A DNA stretch of 64,000 nt from Apus apus (taxonomy: Eukaryota). Numbering within the stretch: the stretch's first letter is position 1; each line of letters starts with the position of its first letter. Location of the stretch: contig NC_067310.1 of the NCBI RefSeq assembly GCF_020740795.1, positions 365,940 to 429,939 on the forward strand, read 5' to 3'. Under the pieces are notes generated by a model. The model saw only the letters and a list, made by a program, of their open reading frames with translations. It ran no database searches and was not told the origin of the DNA. This document shows positions 1 through 11,000 of this stretch, in pieces. A program made the translations under genes and the position numbers.

Positions 1-907
1 GGGGGAGGGAGAAAGCCCATGCGTTGAGTTGACCACAGGTAATAACTGAAGGATAAGAAAACCATGATCTTAATAATAAAGAACATGTGACGACAAGGAA
101 AATGGTGACAGAGAGAGAGAAACAAAACCCAAGACAGACCTGTGATGCACAGGAGCTTCCGGCTGCTGTTCAACCACGACCAGCCCCAGCCACCCCCCAG
201 CCCCCACCAGCTGCCCACAAACCCCAGGGAGGTGCAGGCAGCACAAGGGCTCATCCCATGCCCACACTCAGCAGCTGCCCCACTGCAACGCCCGGGCAGC
301 CCGGGACTCGCTCCAGCAATGGCGAGCTCCACGGACACTGCCCACTCCTGGGCTCTGCATCCTCTCCAGGGCCTCATCAGCCCTGCCCTCTTCCAGAGCA
401 TCTCGGGGATGGCACCAGGGGACAAGAGGCTGTGCCTCATGTCACGGGTGCTCCCAGCGCAGGAGGAGGGAGACGAGAGGTTGGGCATCAGGTCCAAGCT
501 TAGGTGAGACCCAACTTGCACGCAAAGCCACGCGGGGTTGAAGACAGGCTCCCAGCCACCCGTTCCCCTTCTGCCATCCCAGAGCCTGAGCAGACCTCTG
601 GAAGTCTCCCTCCTCCTGCCACCCGCTGGGGTCCCTCTTCCTCGCTGGGGTCCCTGTCCCTTCCCGGGGTCCCTTTCTGGGGTCAGGGAATGGGACTCAC
701 CGCTGTCTTTGTCACCTTCCCTGGGCTGCAACAGCTCTGTGCAGCCGGCTCCTGCCCTGCCTTTTGTCCCGTGTCAGAGGAGCCAGCCCCTCTCCTCCTA
801 TTCCCGGAAATGAGGGTGAGTCAGAGCGAAAGTGAAAGGGATAAGGATGGGAGAGGAAACGCCTCAGGCGCCTCAGCATCAGAGCACGAAAACTCGGAGC
901 AGACCAG
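1..907 (+). repeat. GBP promoter block 'a' (one of 5 copies)
   Basis: Near-identical copies at 6200-7107 (-), 24746-25673 (-) and 53474-54400 (+), plus a partial copy at 23535-23835 (-). The block runs from ~0.76 to ~1.7 kb upstream of each GBP ATG. Confidence 0.85.
801..837 (-). promoter_or_regulatory. ISRE plus GAS module of a GBP copy lying just left of the window on the minus strand
   Basis: ttcccggaa at 801-809 and gaaagtgaaa at 828-837, in the same orientation as the copy-3 promoter. Confidence 0.45.
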
Positions 908-2089
908 ACAAAGATGGTTAAATAACTGAAGGTATGAGAATGAAAAACAAGAGCTGCAAAAGCAAAGCCTCAGCAGCTCCCACCCAGCTGCCCAGCCAGT
1001 TGGAGAGTGACACCTGCCTTGGGACACATTCCCCAACCCCTTCTTTGATCCCACTTTATTATTGCCCAGCATGACATCAGCTCGTGTGGAAGGATAGTGA
1101 GATACTGGAGCAGCTTGTGCAGAGAGGCTGAGGATGGCCCAGAGAGGCTGTGGATGGCCCCGAGAAGTTGGAGATGGCCCTGTATGATTTCTGAAGGTCC
1201 TGGATCCACAGTCCCCTCTTGCAGACACTGTTCAGCTCTTGTTGCACCCATGTCCCTTGCACTGCCCTGGCACACAGACCTGCTCCTCTGCCCCCCCTTG
1301 AACCAGCCTCACCCCCATCTCCCATGAGCAGCTCGTTTGCCCATCATCCCCTCCTGGACATGGCCCTGGCCCTCTTCCCCTCATGTCCTGGAGCCCTTGG
1401 AGATCCATCCTCCCCCTGAACATCCCAATATCCCCTTGCAGAAATACCAGCTCCCCGTTCCCCTCCTGTCCCCATCCTCCCCATTTTCCCTTGCCTGTTT
1501 CTTTCCATATTGTGTGGGCACACCCCTCTGACCAGGGGGTTGTTTACTTCATCCTTGAGTCTTCCTCACAGGAACCTTTGGCCGAGTTCTGTCTCTTCTC
1601 CCATTTCTCTCGGCTGACTCTGCAGCAGAACTGGTTACAGGAGGCATCCCTAGTCTCAGCTGAACGGCTTCTTTCTTCTTCAAGGACCCTTGTATTTCTT
1701 CCCTAAAACTCCAGACCAGCTCACACAAAAGGCTTTCACACTCACTAGCAGTAGGCCCAGATGAGAGATTTACACCCTACAAGCAGTGAACTGTTTGAAG
1801 TCAGAGTTTGGGTAATGCTCTGTTTCATGCAGCTGTCCACGATCACAAGAAATGCTTCTACAGATACATGAGCAGCAAAAAGAGGACTAGGAAGAATGTC
1901 CACCCTTTTTCAGATGCAGCAGGAAACACAGTGATGAGGGGTGAGGAGAAGGCTGAGGTATCAACGGCACCTTTGCCTCAGTCTTTAGTGGTAGGACCAG
2001 TTCCTTGCTGGGTGCACAGGCCCCTGAACTGGCAGACAGGGACACAGAGCAGTTTGAAACCTCATCATCCAAGAGGGGACAGGCAGTGA

Positions 2090-2365
2090 CCTGCTGCACC
2101 ACTTGGATGTCCACAGGTCCATGGGGCCGGATGGGATCCAGCCGAGGGGTCTGAGGGAGCTGGCAGAAGTGCTCCCCAAGCTCCTTTCCATCACTTTCCA
2201 GCAGTTCTGGCTGACTAGGGAGGTGCCAGTAGACTGGAGACTGGTCAATGTGACCCCAGCTACAAGAAGAGCCATAAGGAGGATCCAGGGACTTGCAGGC
2301 CTATCGGCCTGACCTCTGTGCTGGGGAAGTTCTGGAGCAGATCATGCTGAGGGCCATCACATGGT
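2090..2365 (+). mobile_element. CR1 ORF2 fragment
   Basis: HRSMGPDGIQPRGLRELAEVLPKLLSITFQQFWLTREVPVDWRLVNVTP…; mirror copy at 22100-22375 (-). Confidence 0.65.
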
Positions 2366-2811
2366 CCCCTCTCCTTTCAGCCCTCTGCTGACCAAGGTGC
2401 GTGTTTATTTCCATAATGCATGGGCACCCCCCCATATCCCCATGCTCTCCCATCAACATGCCCCCGCCCATGGACCTTCAAAGGTCTCCTCCAGCCCACG
2501 TAATTCTGTGAGTCCATAACTGGACGTGTTCCAGGTCAGGCTGCTCCAGCAGCTTGGAGCAACCTCATCTGGTTGAAGCTGTCCTTGCCCCTGGGCAGGA
2601 GGGGCTCCATCCCGAGGACGGACGGAGCTGGTGGCAGCTCCATCACCCAGGGCAGCAGGTCAGTGGTTGCCATGACACCATAAGCAGCCAATCAGCAGTT
2701 TCCATGTCACCATGATGTCACCATGGGCTGCCCAGGGGTATCCAAGGGGCCACGGGGTGGTGTGTCTTACACTCTGGAGAAGCTGTCGCCCCTAAGAAGC
2801 AACTTGCCAGC

Positions 2812-2884
2812 ATGAGGTGGACTGAGGTGGAGTTCTGGGATGGGATGGAGCCCACTTTCATGATGCCCAGCATCACAGCTGAAG
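2812..2884 (+). CDS. CCDC81-like exon 1
   Basis: ATG at 2812, donor gtacag at 2885. Confidence 0.5.
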
Positions 2885-4843
2885 GTACAGCCCTCCAGCC
2901 GCTGCAGGAACGTTGTGGCGAACAAGGGTGGCACTGCAGCCATCTCAGGGGTGTCACTGTCTGGGCATGACACTGGGCATCTGCCACGGCAGCATGGCTC
3001 GGGAGATAGTGGAGGGCTGAGAGCTGGTGGACATGGAGGATGACCTGGTTCTCCTTTGCTTTCCAGAGCGAACAGCCATCTGGGACACGGTGGCTGGCTC
3101 CATTCAAGATCAGCTCCTGCTGCACAAGGTAGGTCAACACCTACATCCTCCTCATCCACCCAGAGGGGTGGGAAGTCCGCGTGGCCCCAGAGCATGCCCC
3201 GCAGTTCCTTTTCACGTCCTCCAAAAAGCAAGAAACTCACCCCAAAGGTCCCCACCCATGAACAAACAAGCCATGTGGTGTCACCTCTGGCAGGTGGTGT
3301 TGTGACAAAGGCTGGTCCTGTTTTCTGGGGACCTCCCAAATGCTTTTTTGGAGGAGAAAGGACTCGGCATGACCAAAGCACTCCCCACTGCCCCAGCTCA
3401 TGCCTCTGAAGAGCAGGAGTGGGCAGGATCCAACCTGAAGCACCATCCCTGGTCAGGCCCACCTCTAGATTTTCCCTCTGCACAATCTTCACCCTTTGGC
3501 TGTTCCGCTCTGCTCCAGGGGCTCCGAATTCCCAGCCTTGGCTCCTTTGACGCTGTCCCCAAACAGATCCAAGTTGGGGGTGAGGTTGTGACCATCCAGA
3601 GGCCTGTGTTTCACCTGGCCAGGAACCTCGTGGTTGTCCACAACCTACGGGACAACAAGTCCTACCTGCCTGGTAAGATGGTGAATGAAATCTCGGATGA
3701 TTGCATGGTCATTGCGTCCCATCCCTGGGTCTGAAACACCAGCAGAAGCTCCACAAGGTGAGCATCTCCATCCCTCTTGTGTGTTCTTGCAGGCAACAAG
3801 GAGCTGGAACCCCTCAAATGCTCCAAGGTGGCCACAGCCATCTCTGTGTCCCGACGGAAAGTGGAGGGCTGCATCCAAGGCACCGTGTCCCTCCTCTCTC
3901 ACTGTCTGGGGAAGGGGAAGAACGTCTCCCTCATCCTGAAGGGTGCTGGGGTGCTCCTCATAGAGGGCAGCAAGGTGCAAATGAAGTTCTACTATGACTT
4001 CCTGGACAGGATGTCTGGGAAGGAGAACTTGGAGAAAGCTGTTTCCCAGGTGAGCGTGTGGGTTTCTCCGTGGGGTGGGCAGTCCCACGGCAGTGTCCCA
4101 GCACTGCTGGCATGTGGCCCACCAGGACACGGCCACTTGGGCCAGGCGAGATCTATGGTGCTACCAACAGCTCTCACTCCTTTGACATTGAGGGCCTCAT
4201 CCCTGCTGAGGACGTCCTGCCATCTTTGTGCTCCTCCACTGCAGGTCCCCCAGCTGCTGAACATGACTGTGTCCCCGGTGGTGCCCGTGGCCTCACTGAC
4301 TTTCTCTGGCCATGTCATCATCTTTCCCGAGTGAGTATGTTGGTGGCTGGAGCCACTCTTTGTCATAGATGTCCAAGGTAGCGTTTGCTCCTCATGATGA
4401 CATGTGTCCTCCCATGGGGACACAAGGCAGCGACTCTTGTAGCTGTCCTGGGGTTGTAGTTGCTCCTGTGAGGCTGATGTGATGGGAAAGACAGAGGAAT
4501 TTAGGTGACACTTTCTTCTCCTGGTGTCCTGGAATCCTTTGTTGGGTGACTGCACTTCCTGGGATGGTCCTCAAGGTTGGGGCATGGTGGACTTGGGGAA
4601 AACCTGGTGGCCTTTTGGAGAACAATGCCAAAGCCTGCCTGTGAGAAGGAGATCCCAGTGAGCAGCAAGGGCTGGTGGTGCTCTGGGTCACGTCGGTGTC
4701 TTCCCCTTCTTTTCCAGGTTTGAAATGGAGGTTGTGTCCAAACCACCACCCAGGCCTCTTCTCAAGACCTTGGAACAAGACCCTGGTGAGGTCGAGGAGA
4801 TGAGGAGAGAGAGTTTTCCATCTCCTGGACAAGGTAGGAAAGG
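2812..4843 (+). CDS. CCDC81-like (HU-domain) gene, 5' part: at least 6 coding exons; 3' exons not identified
   Basis: Phase-consistent GT/AG exons: 2812-2884 (MRWTEVEFWDGMEPTFMMPSITAE), 3067-3128 (ERTAIWDTVAGSIQDQLLLHK), 3519-3672 (GLRIPSLGSFDAVPKQIQVGGEVVTIQRPVFHLARNLVVVHNLRDNKSYLPG), 3793-4049 (…SKVATAISVSRRKVEGCIQGTVSLLSHCLGKGKNVSLILKGAGVLLIEGSKVQMKFYYDFLDRMSGKENLEKAVSQ), 4245-4330 and 4718-4843. The IW…QL.LHKG…PGLGTF… and VEGC…KV.MKFY.DFL patterns recall the two HU domains of human CCDC81. Confidence 0.6.
3067..3128 (+). CDS. CCDC81-like exon 2
   Basis: Acceptor tttccag, donor gtaggt. Confidence 0.6.
3519..3672 (+). CDS. CCDC81-like exon 3 (HU domain 1)
   Basis: Acceptor ctgctccag, donor gtaaga. 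Confidence 0.65.
3793..4049 (+). CDS. CCDC81-like exon 4 (HU domain 2)
   Basis: Acceptor ttcttgcag, donor gtgagc. Confidence 0.65.
4245..4330 (+). CDS. CCDC81-like exon 5
   Basis: Acceptor ccactgcag, donor gtgagt. Confidence 0.55.
4718..4843 (+). CDS. CCDC81-like exon 6
   Basis: Acceptor ttttccag, donor gtagga. Confidence 0.5.
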
Positions 4844-6013
4844 TCAAAGCAGCTCCCGGCTCCTTTTGGTGACACAGGCAACCAAATTTTCCAGGGAAGT
4901 CGCCAGCCTTGTGTGTCACAACTTCTCTCCTTTCTGGTTCCAGTGGGTTTTCCTGGTTTTCCCTTTGCTCCTGGTCCAAGTCCAACTCACGAAGACTTTG
5001 GGAAAGTAACAGAGCCAAAGAAGAGGAGAATGTCTCAGGTCAGGTGAGGCTGGAGGCTTTGGGCAGTGCCTGGACGGGGTCCCTTGGCTCAGAGGTGGGT
5101 GATGCCCTATTCACAGAAACATTCAAGGTCAGGTTGGACAGGGGGCTCGGAGCAACCTGGTGTCGCGAGCCGGTATCGGGGGCTCCCGGCTGCCCCCCCA
5201 ATGTGGAGGGGTTTGTGAATGAGCCCGAGGGTCACACGTGGTGCTGCCTCTCACAGGGGAACGGCCGCTGTGGGACCGTGTTTTAGAGTGGAAGTTAGAA
5301 AGCATTAGGTAATGCAAAAAGTGCTGTGCCCTTAAAGCGTTGTGTCTGTGAGAGGGTTGTGGATCAAAGGAAAGGAAGCGTGACCCCCCTGTCCAGCCAG
5401 TGTTACTGTCCAGAGCCACTTGGCACCATGAGCCCCAAGTTAGGGCGGTAACTAGCAGGGCAATGCAGAACTTGTTGCCCATCCTTCCTGTCTTGTACCA
5501 CATCTGTTGTTTTGGTTTCATTTGTCCTTGAGCAGCAGGCCTGGTTTTGGTCCATTAGCTGGGTATAATCAGCAGATTTATGAGGGGAAGAAGAAGAACA
5601 GTGTCCCACACCTGGTCTTGTTGACGATGTCCTTGCCCATGGTCTAGCTGGACCTTCACAGTTCCTTCCAACCTCAAACACTCTGTGAGTCCATGATCAG
5701 AAGATTGCAAAGTCAGGTTGGATGGGGCTTGAAGTTACCTGGTGTGGTTGAAGATGTTTCTGCTCATTGCGGGGGCTTGGACCAGATGGACCTGCAAAGA
5801 TCCTCTCAACCCCCATGTGGCTCTCAGGGCAGGCAGGATGCAGCCTCAAGCCATCATGTCCTCAGGCAGATCTCTCCCATTGTGTCTTTGCAGGAAGCAA
5901 CTGGTGATATCGCGGGATTCCTCTGCCAAAAAGCAGCTGGTGACCAGCCAAGCCAAGGGCAAGCCTGCTTCCAAAGGCCGAGCATCGAAGCAGGTGGTGA
6001 AATCTGAGAGCTA

Positions 6014-6118
6014 CAGAGGAGGAGGAGGACGAGGAGAAGGAGGAAGAAAAGAAGGTGGAGGAGAAGGAGAGGCCAGGAGGACCAGGAGCAGGAGGGCAAG
6101 GAGGAGGGGAAGGCTGGG
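6014..6118. repeat. Purine-rich (GGA/GAG)n simple repeat
   Basis: aggaggaggaggacgaggagaaggaggaag…; unique to the upstream flank of the copy-1 promoter. Confidence 0.8.
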
Positions 6119-6269
6119 TGGAGAAAAACCTTGCTTAAACAGCAGTGCCGAAGACAACAAAGGCCCTGCCCAGCCATTCCCAGCCAGCCTTGATTTTTTT
6201 TGGTCTGCTCCGAGTTTTCGTGCTCTGATGCTGAGGCGCCTGAGGCGTTTCCTCTCCCATCCCTATCCC

Positions 6270-6306
6270 TTTCACTTTCGCTCTGACTCACCCTCATTTC
6301 CGGGAA
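6270..6306 (+). promoter_or_regulatory. ISRE plus GAS interferon-response module upstream of GBP copy 1
   Basis: TTTCACTTTC at 6270-6279 (reverse complement GAAAGTGAAAG) and palindromic TTCCGGGAA at 6298-6306. A putative non-coding exon 1 follows immediately. Confidence 0.55.
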
Positions 6307-6329
6307 TAGGAGGAGAGGGGCTGGCTCCT

Positions 6330-6406
6330 CTGACACGGGACAAAAGGCAGGGCAGGAGCCGGCTGCACAGAGCTGTTGCAGCCCAGGGAAGGTGACAAAG
6401 ACAGCG
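6330..6406 (+). other. Putative non-coding exon 1 (5' UTR) of GBP copy 1
   Basis: Strong donor acagcg|gtgagt at 6407, downstream of the ISRE/GAS pair. Intron 1 would run 6407-7846 to the acceptor of the ATG exon. The TSS is not determinable from sequence. Confidence 0.35.
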
Positions 6407-7865
6407 GTGAGTCCCATTCCCTGACCCCAGAAAGGGACCCCGGGAAGGGACAGGGACCCCAGCGAGGAAGAGGGACCCCAGCGGGTGGCAGGAGGAGGGA
6501 GACTTCCAGAGGTCTGCTCAGGCTCTGGGATGGCAGAAGGGGAACGGGTGGCTGGGAGCCTGTCTTCAACCCCGCGTGGCTTTGCGTGCAAGTTGGGTCT
6601 CACCTAAGCTTGGACCTGATGCCCAACCTCTCGTCTCCCTCCTCCTGCGCTGGGAGCACCCGTGACATGAGGCACAGCCTCTTGTCCCCTGGTGCCATCC
6701 CCGAGATGCTCTGGAAGAGGGCAGGGCTGATGAGGCCCTGGAGAGGATGCAGAGCCCAGGAGTGGGCAGTGTCCGTGGAGCTCGCCATTGCTGGAGCGAG
6801 TCCCGGGCTGCCCGGGCGTTGCAGTGGGGCAGCTGCTGAGCGTGGGCATGGGATGAGCCCTTGTGCTGCCTGCACCTCCCTGGGGTTTGTGGGCAGCTGG
6901 TGGGGGCTGGGGGGTGGCTGGGGCTGGTCGTGGTTGAACAGCAGCCGGAAGCTCCTGTGCATCACAGTTCTGTCTTGGGTTTTGTTTCTCTCTCTCTGTC
7001 ACCATTTTCCTTGTCGTCACATGTTCTTTATTATTAAGATCATGGTTTTCTTATCCTTCAGTTATTACCTGTGGTCAACTCAACGCATGGGCTTTCTCCC
7101 TCCCCCCACCACTGCGGGGCAGGGACTGTGCAGCTGGGGGGCCTCGGCTTTCAGCTGGGGTTTCAGGCAGCACGACCCCCAGCCCAGGGGCTGGCGGGGG
7201 GAGTGAGGAGCAGACAAGGGCTGGGCGCAGGGTCAGCCCTGCTGAGGGTGATGGGACCACCAACCCCAACACCGTTTCCAGCACAAATCCATGTTACATG
7301 TTACACCAGCATGGGAGCTGGGCAAGGTCAGGCAGCGGGGGATGTCCCCGTGAGAGGCACAGAGGGGGACGGGGGTTGGGTGGGGTTGGGCGGAAGAAAG
7401 GGAGGGAGAAATTCAGGAGCAGCTCCCCTGAGGTTCCGTGTCAGCCCGACCAACCCTTGGCCCGTGCTGCTGTGGCTCTCCAGTCCTTCTCCTGCCCTTC
7501 AGCCCTGCCTGAGGCCATTGCCCCATCCCACCCCCATATTTGCTCCGCAGACTTGGTGCTGGTGATGAGCAGGACGTGGGGCAGAGGTTTCCCACTGTCC
7601 CGCAGGGCCTTCAGGAGCGGAGCCATTCCTGCGGTGGGACACACGGGATGGGCCGTGCCCCTTGGCCAAGTGTCATCAGTGTCTTCACCACAGGGCTTGG
7701 GAGGGGCCAAAGGAGGAGCCGTGGAGGCAGGACCTTGGTGACAATGTGGTCTGCTTGCAAAGATGCCCTAGGAGGATCCTGCCTGTCCCTGCCTGCACTG
7801 TGGGGTGTCCTCACCACGTGAACCCCTCTGGCCCTCTCCTCTGCAGGCCGCCTTTCCCGTCAGCA

Positions 7866-8046
7866 ATGGCATCCACAGTCCACATGCCAGCGCCTGTCTG
7901 CCTCATTGAGAACAGCCCGACAAAGGGGCTGATGGTCCAGAGGGAGGCCCTGCAGCTGCTGTCCAAGGTCAGCCAGCCTGTGGTGGTGGTGGCCATCACA
8001 GGGCCGTACCGCACGGGCAAGTCCTACCTCATGAACAGGCTGGCTG
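7866..8046 (+). CDS. GBP: GBP copy 1, first coding exon (exon 2)
   Basis: Acceptor ctgcag at 7841-7846, ATG at 7866, [61 protein letters not shown], donor gtgaga at 8047. Confidence 0.85.
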
Positions 8047-11000
8047 GTGAGAGAAGAGGTGAGGGAGGTCCCTGCCCTGGACGGCCAAGGAACCTGGCTT
8101 CTCCTACTCGTCATTTGACACAGATGGGAGCCTTGTGTCCTCCCCACAGGCTTCTCCTTGGGCTCCAGCGTGCAGTCCCAGACCAAAGGTATCTGGATGT
8201 GGTGTGTACGTCACCCCCGCCGGCCTGGACACACTCTGGTGCTGCTGGACAGTGAAGGGCTGAGTGACGCAAAGAAGGTGTGTGAGAGGCAGGGTCTGCC
8301 TTTGTGGCTTCCCAGCACCTGGAGGAAGCTCTTGGGGGCCCAGCCATGGTGCCCAGAGTCAAGGCGTTCCCACTGCTCACGGTGGCCTTCAGCCGGTGTG
8401 CTGGGATGGGCCAGAGGCCACAAGGAAGGAGGTTGGGGGAGGCACGTTTCCAAATCCCTCTGCATTTCTGGAAAAGAGCAGTTGCACAGGAAGGAGGGGC
8501 TCAGGGAGCACTTGGGTAGACCCCGAGACTTCAGAGTTGAGGACAAGCCCAGCTACAGACAAGGCATGGTGATGGCATGGGGGTGCGTGTTGCCATGGCC
8601 CGTTGTGTAGGGGCATTCAGGCTCTGGGCATCTGGGGCTCTGCTCATACCTGGGGGACCTTGTTGATCAGAGCCAAGGGTTGTTGTTCCAGAGTGACACC
8701 AAGAACGACACGTGGATCTTTGTGCTGACCGTGCTGCTCTCCAGCACCATGATCTACAACAGCAAAGGCACCATTGACCAGAACGCCATGGACCAGCTGC
8801 AGTATCCTTGGTGGGACAGGAGCACCAGGGATGCCCTCCTCTCCCTGCGTGGTGGGCTAGGGCTTGGCAAATGCCAGTTCCTCAGAGGGCTGCAGAACCT
8901 TCTGCTCGTGCCCAGGGATGTGCTTGGAGACCTTAGGAGCCCCATGCTGTGGGCCTGAGGGCCGAGGGGTTTTCTCCCTCCTCCTTCTGGTGGGTCCAGG
9001 CTGTTCGGCGTCCCCGCCGAGTCTCCCCTCCTCCCTGTGACGTGCTGAGGGTTGCAGGATGGCAATGCCCCTGCATTCAGAGCTGAGGTCCCTGTTTCCT
9101 TAGCCAGCTCCCCAGCTACGTGACAAAGCTGACTGAGCGCATCAAGTTGAAAGCAGCACCCAAGAAGAGTGAAGATGAGCTGGAGGATTCCGACAAATTT
9201 GTCGGCTTCTTCCCGACTTTTGTCTGGGCTGTCCGGGATTTCACACTGCAGCTGCAGGTGGATGGGGAGGAAATCTCTGAGGATGGATACTTGGAGGACA
9301 TTCTGAAGCTCAAGGCTGGTAAGGGGGTGGTGCTGTGCTGCTGGAGACATCCAGCCCCAGACTCAGCAGCCACATTTCAGGATAATTCAACAGCATTCCA
9401 AGCCTGTGAACCTGCTCCGTGTCCTCCTACCCCCCAGGCAGCAGCCCCGAGACCCAGCTCTACAACCATCCCCGGGAATGCATCCGCCAGTTCTTTCCGG
9501 AACGCAAGTGCTTTGTTTTTGACCAACCAGCTGGGAGGAGGAAACTGCCCCTCTTGGAGGAACTTCCGGATGATGAGCTGGATCCTGATTTCCAGCAGCA
9601 GGTAGAGAAGTTCTGCAGCTACATCTGGGAGAAGTCTCCGCCTAAGACCGTCCCAGGTGGCCACATCGTAACTGGGAACCGTGAGTACTGCTGCCCAAGG
9701 GGTGGGTGGCCAGCGGCTCTTGGGACTGTGTCTGGGGGAGGATCAAGTGCCAAGGGTGCGGGTGGGGAAAGGGAGAGATGTTTTCCTGCCTGCTGTCCCT
9801 GCCCCGGGGTTTGGAGCTTTGGGACGTTGCAGGTGTGGTGGGAAAGAGTTAGGAAAAGCAGTTCAGGAGGCCTGGGGCAGGGAGGCAGCGTGGGTACAGC
9901 AGGAGACAGGGCTGGGTGGGTGCCTGCGTTTGTCGGGGCTGCAGATCTCTCGCCCTGGGTCCTCCTTGGCAGTGCTGGGGAAACTGGCAGAGACCTACCT
10001 GGAGGTCATCCGGAGCGGGGCAGTGCCATGCCTGGAGAGCGCGGTGTTTGTCCTGGCCAAGGCTGAGAACGCGGCGGCGGTGGAGGAGGCTGTGAGGTTG
10101 TACCAGGAGCTGATGGAGCAGCGGGCGAAGCTGCCAACGGAGACTCTTGAGCAGCTGCTGGAGCTGCATGCCCAGTGTGAGCGGGAGGCCCTGGAGCTGT
10201 TCATGGCACGGGCATTCAAGGAGGACATCGAGCACGCCCAGATCGAGCTCGCGGTAGGTGGTGCCCAGCCCAGCCAGAATTCCCCCAGGGACACCGTCAT
10301 CCCCTTGGCTTTGGGAACATGGCATGGTCCTGGGCAGGGGGCTCTCCCTGCCTCCTGCCAGAGGACACGGCCATGCCCTCTCCAGAGGAGGCTCGGCCCC
10401 AGCGCCTGCCCTGGCTGTCTGGCAGCCGTCCCTGCTGTGCCCCCTCTTCTCCCAGGGTCAGCAGCTGTGCTGCCAGGGGACGGAGCTCAGCCCTGGCCCC
10501 TCTCCTGCGGCAGCCCCGCTGCAGCTCTGCCCCGCCTGGAAGCTGCAGCCTTCCATGCTCCCCCTGTCCTGCCTGCTAATGCTGTCCCTGGGTGCTGTGA
10601 AGCCTGTGGTCCCTGGCCTGTCCCCTGCTCCTGGGCACCTTTGGCCAGAGATGTCCGTGGGCGTGCAATGCCCTCCCCATCTGTCCCCTCCCAGCTGTTC
10701 ACCCCACGGACGGGAGATCCCAATTCCCACATCCTCCTGGCTCGATGTGTGCCCTGCCTGAGCGCGGTGGGTGCAGCTCAGCCAGGGCTGATGTCTTCCC
10801 TCTGCCCCTGCACGCACAGCGCCGGGTCGAGGCCATCAAGGTGAAGTTCTCCATGGACAACGAGCAGGCATCCCAGGACAAGTGTGAGGCTGCTCTCACG
10901 GACCTCTCCCAAGCCCTGGACAAACGAGTCCGTGATGGTGTCTACAGCGTGTCAGGGGGTTACGAGCAGTTCAGAGGAGACCAGCAGGCAGTGGTGGAGA

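Larger units (their letters stand above)
907..5900 (+). repeat. Block 'b' (CCDC81-like unit), inverted copy at 18560-23556
   Basis: Mirrored ORFs throughout (coordinate sum ~24463). Small indels only. Confidence 0.85.

Noticed and set aside
104-130. GAGAGAGAAACAAAACCC as an ISRE candidate (also mirrored at ~6978-6996)
   Set aside because: It has one mismatch to GAAANNGAAA and poor spacing. The canonical ISRE GAAAGTGAAAG in the same block is the far better candidate.
87-503. 138-aa ORF MTTRKMVTEREKQNPRQT… inside the conserved promoter block (4 copies)
   Set aside because: Low complexity with no domain-like pattern. The conservation is explained by the block being the GBP promoter/5' flank, duplicated with the genes.
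4392-5018. Minus-strand 208-aa ORF with a coiled-coil-like stretch (SLRELDLDQEQRENQENPLEPERRE), considered as a missing CCDC81 C-terminal exon
   Set aside because: It lies on the strand opposite to the HU-domain exons, has no flanking splice signals in a compatible phase, and overlaps CR1-derived sequence.
9681-10844. 387-aa ORF (and similar 200-300 aa ORFs at 6376-7206 and 5854-6603, with mirror and direct copies)
   Set aside because: These are Pro/Ala/Gly-rich low-complexity translations of GC-rich intron or promoter sequence. They overlap the spliced GBP exons in other frames and recur only because the DNA is repeated. They have no homology pattern.
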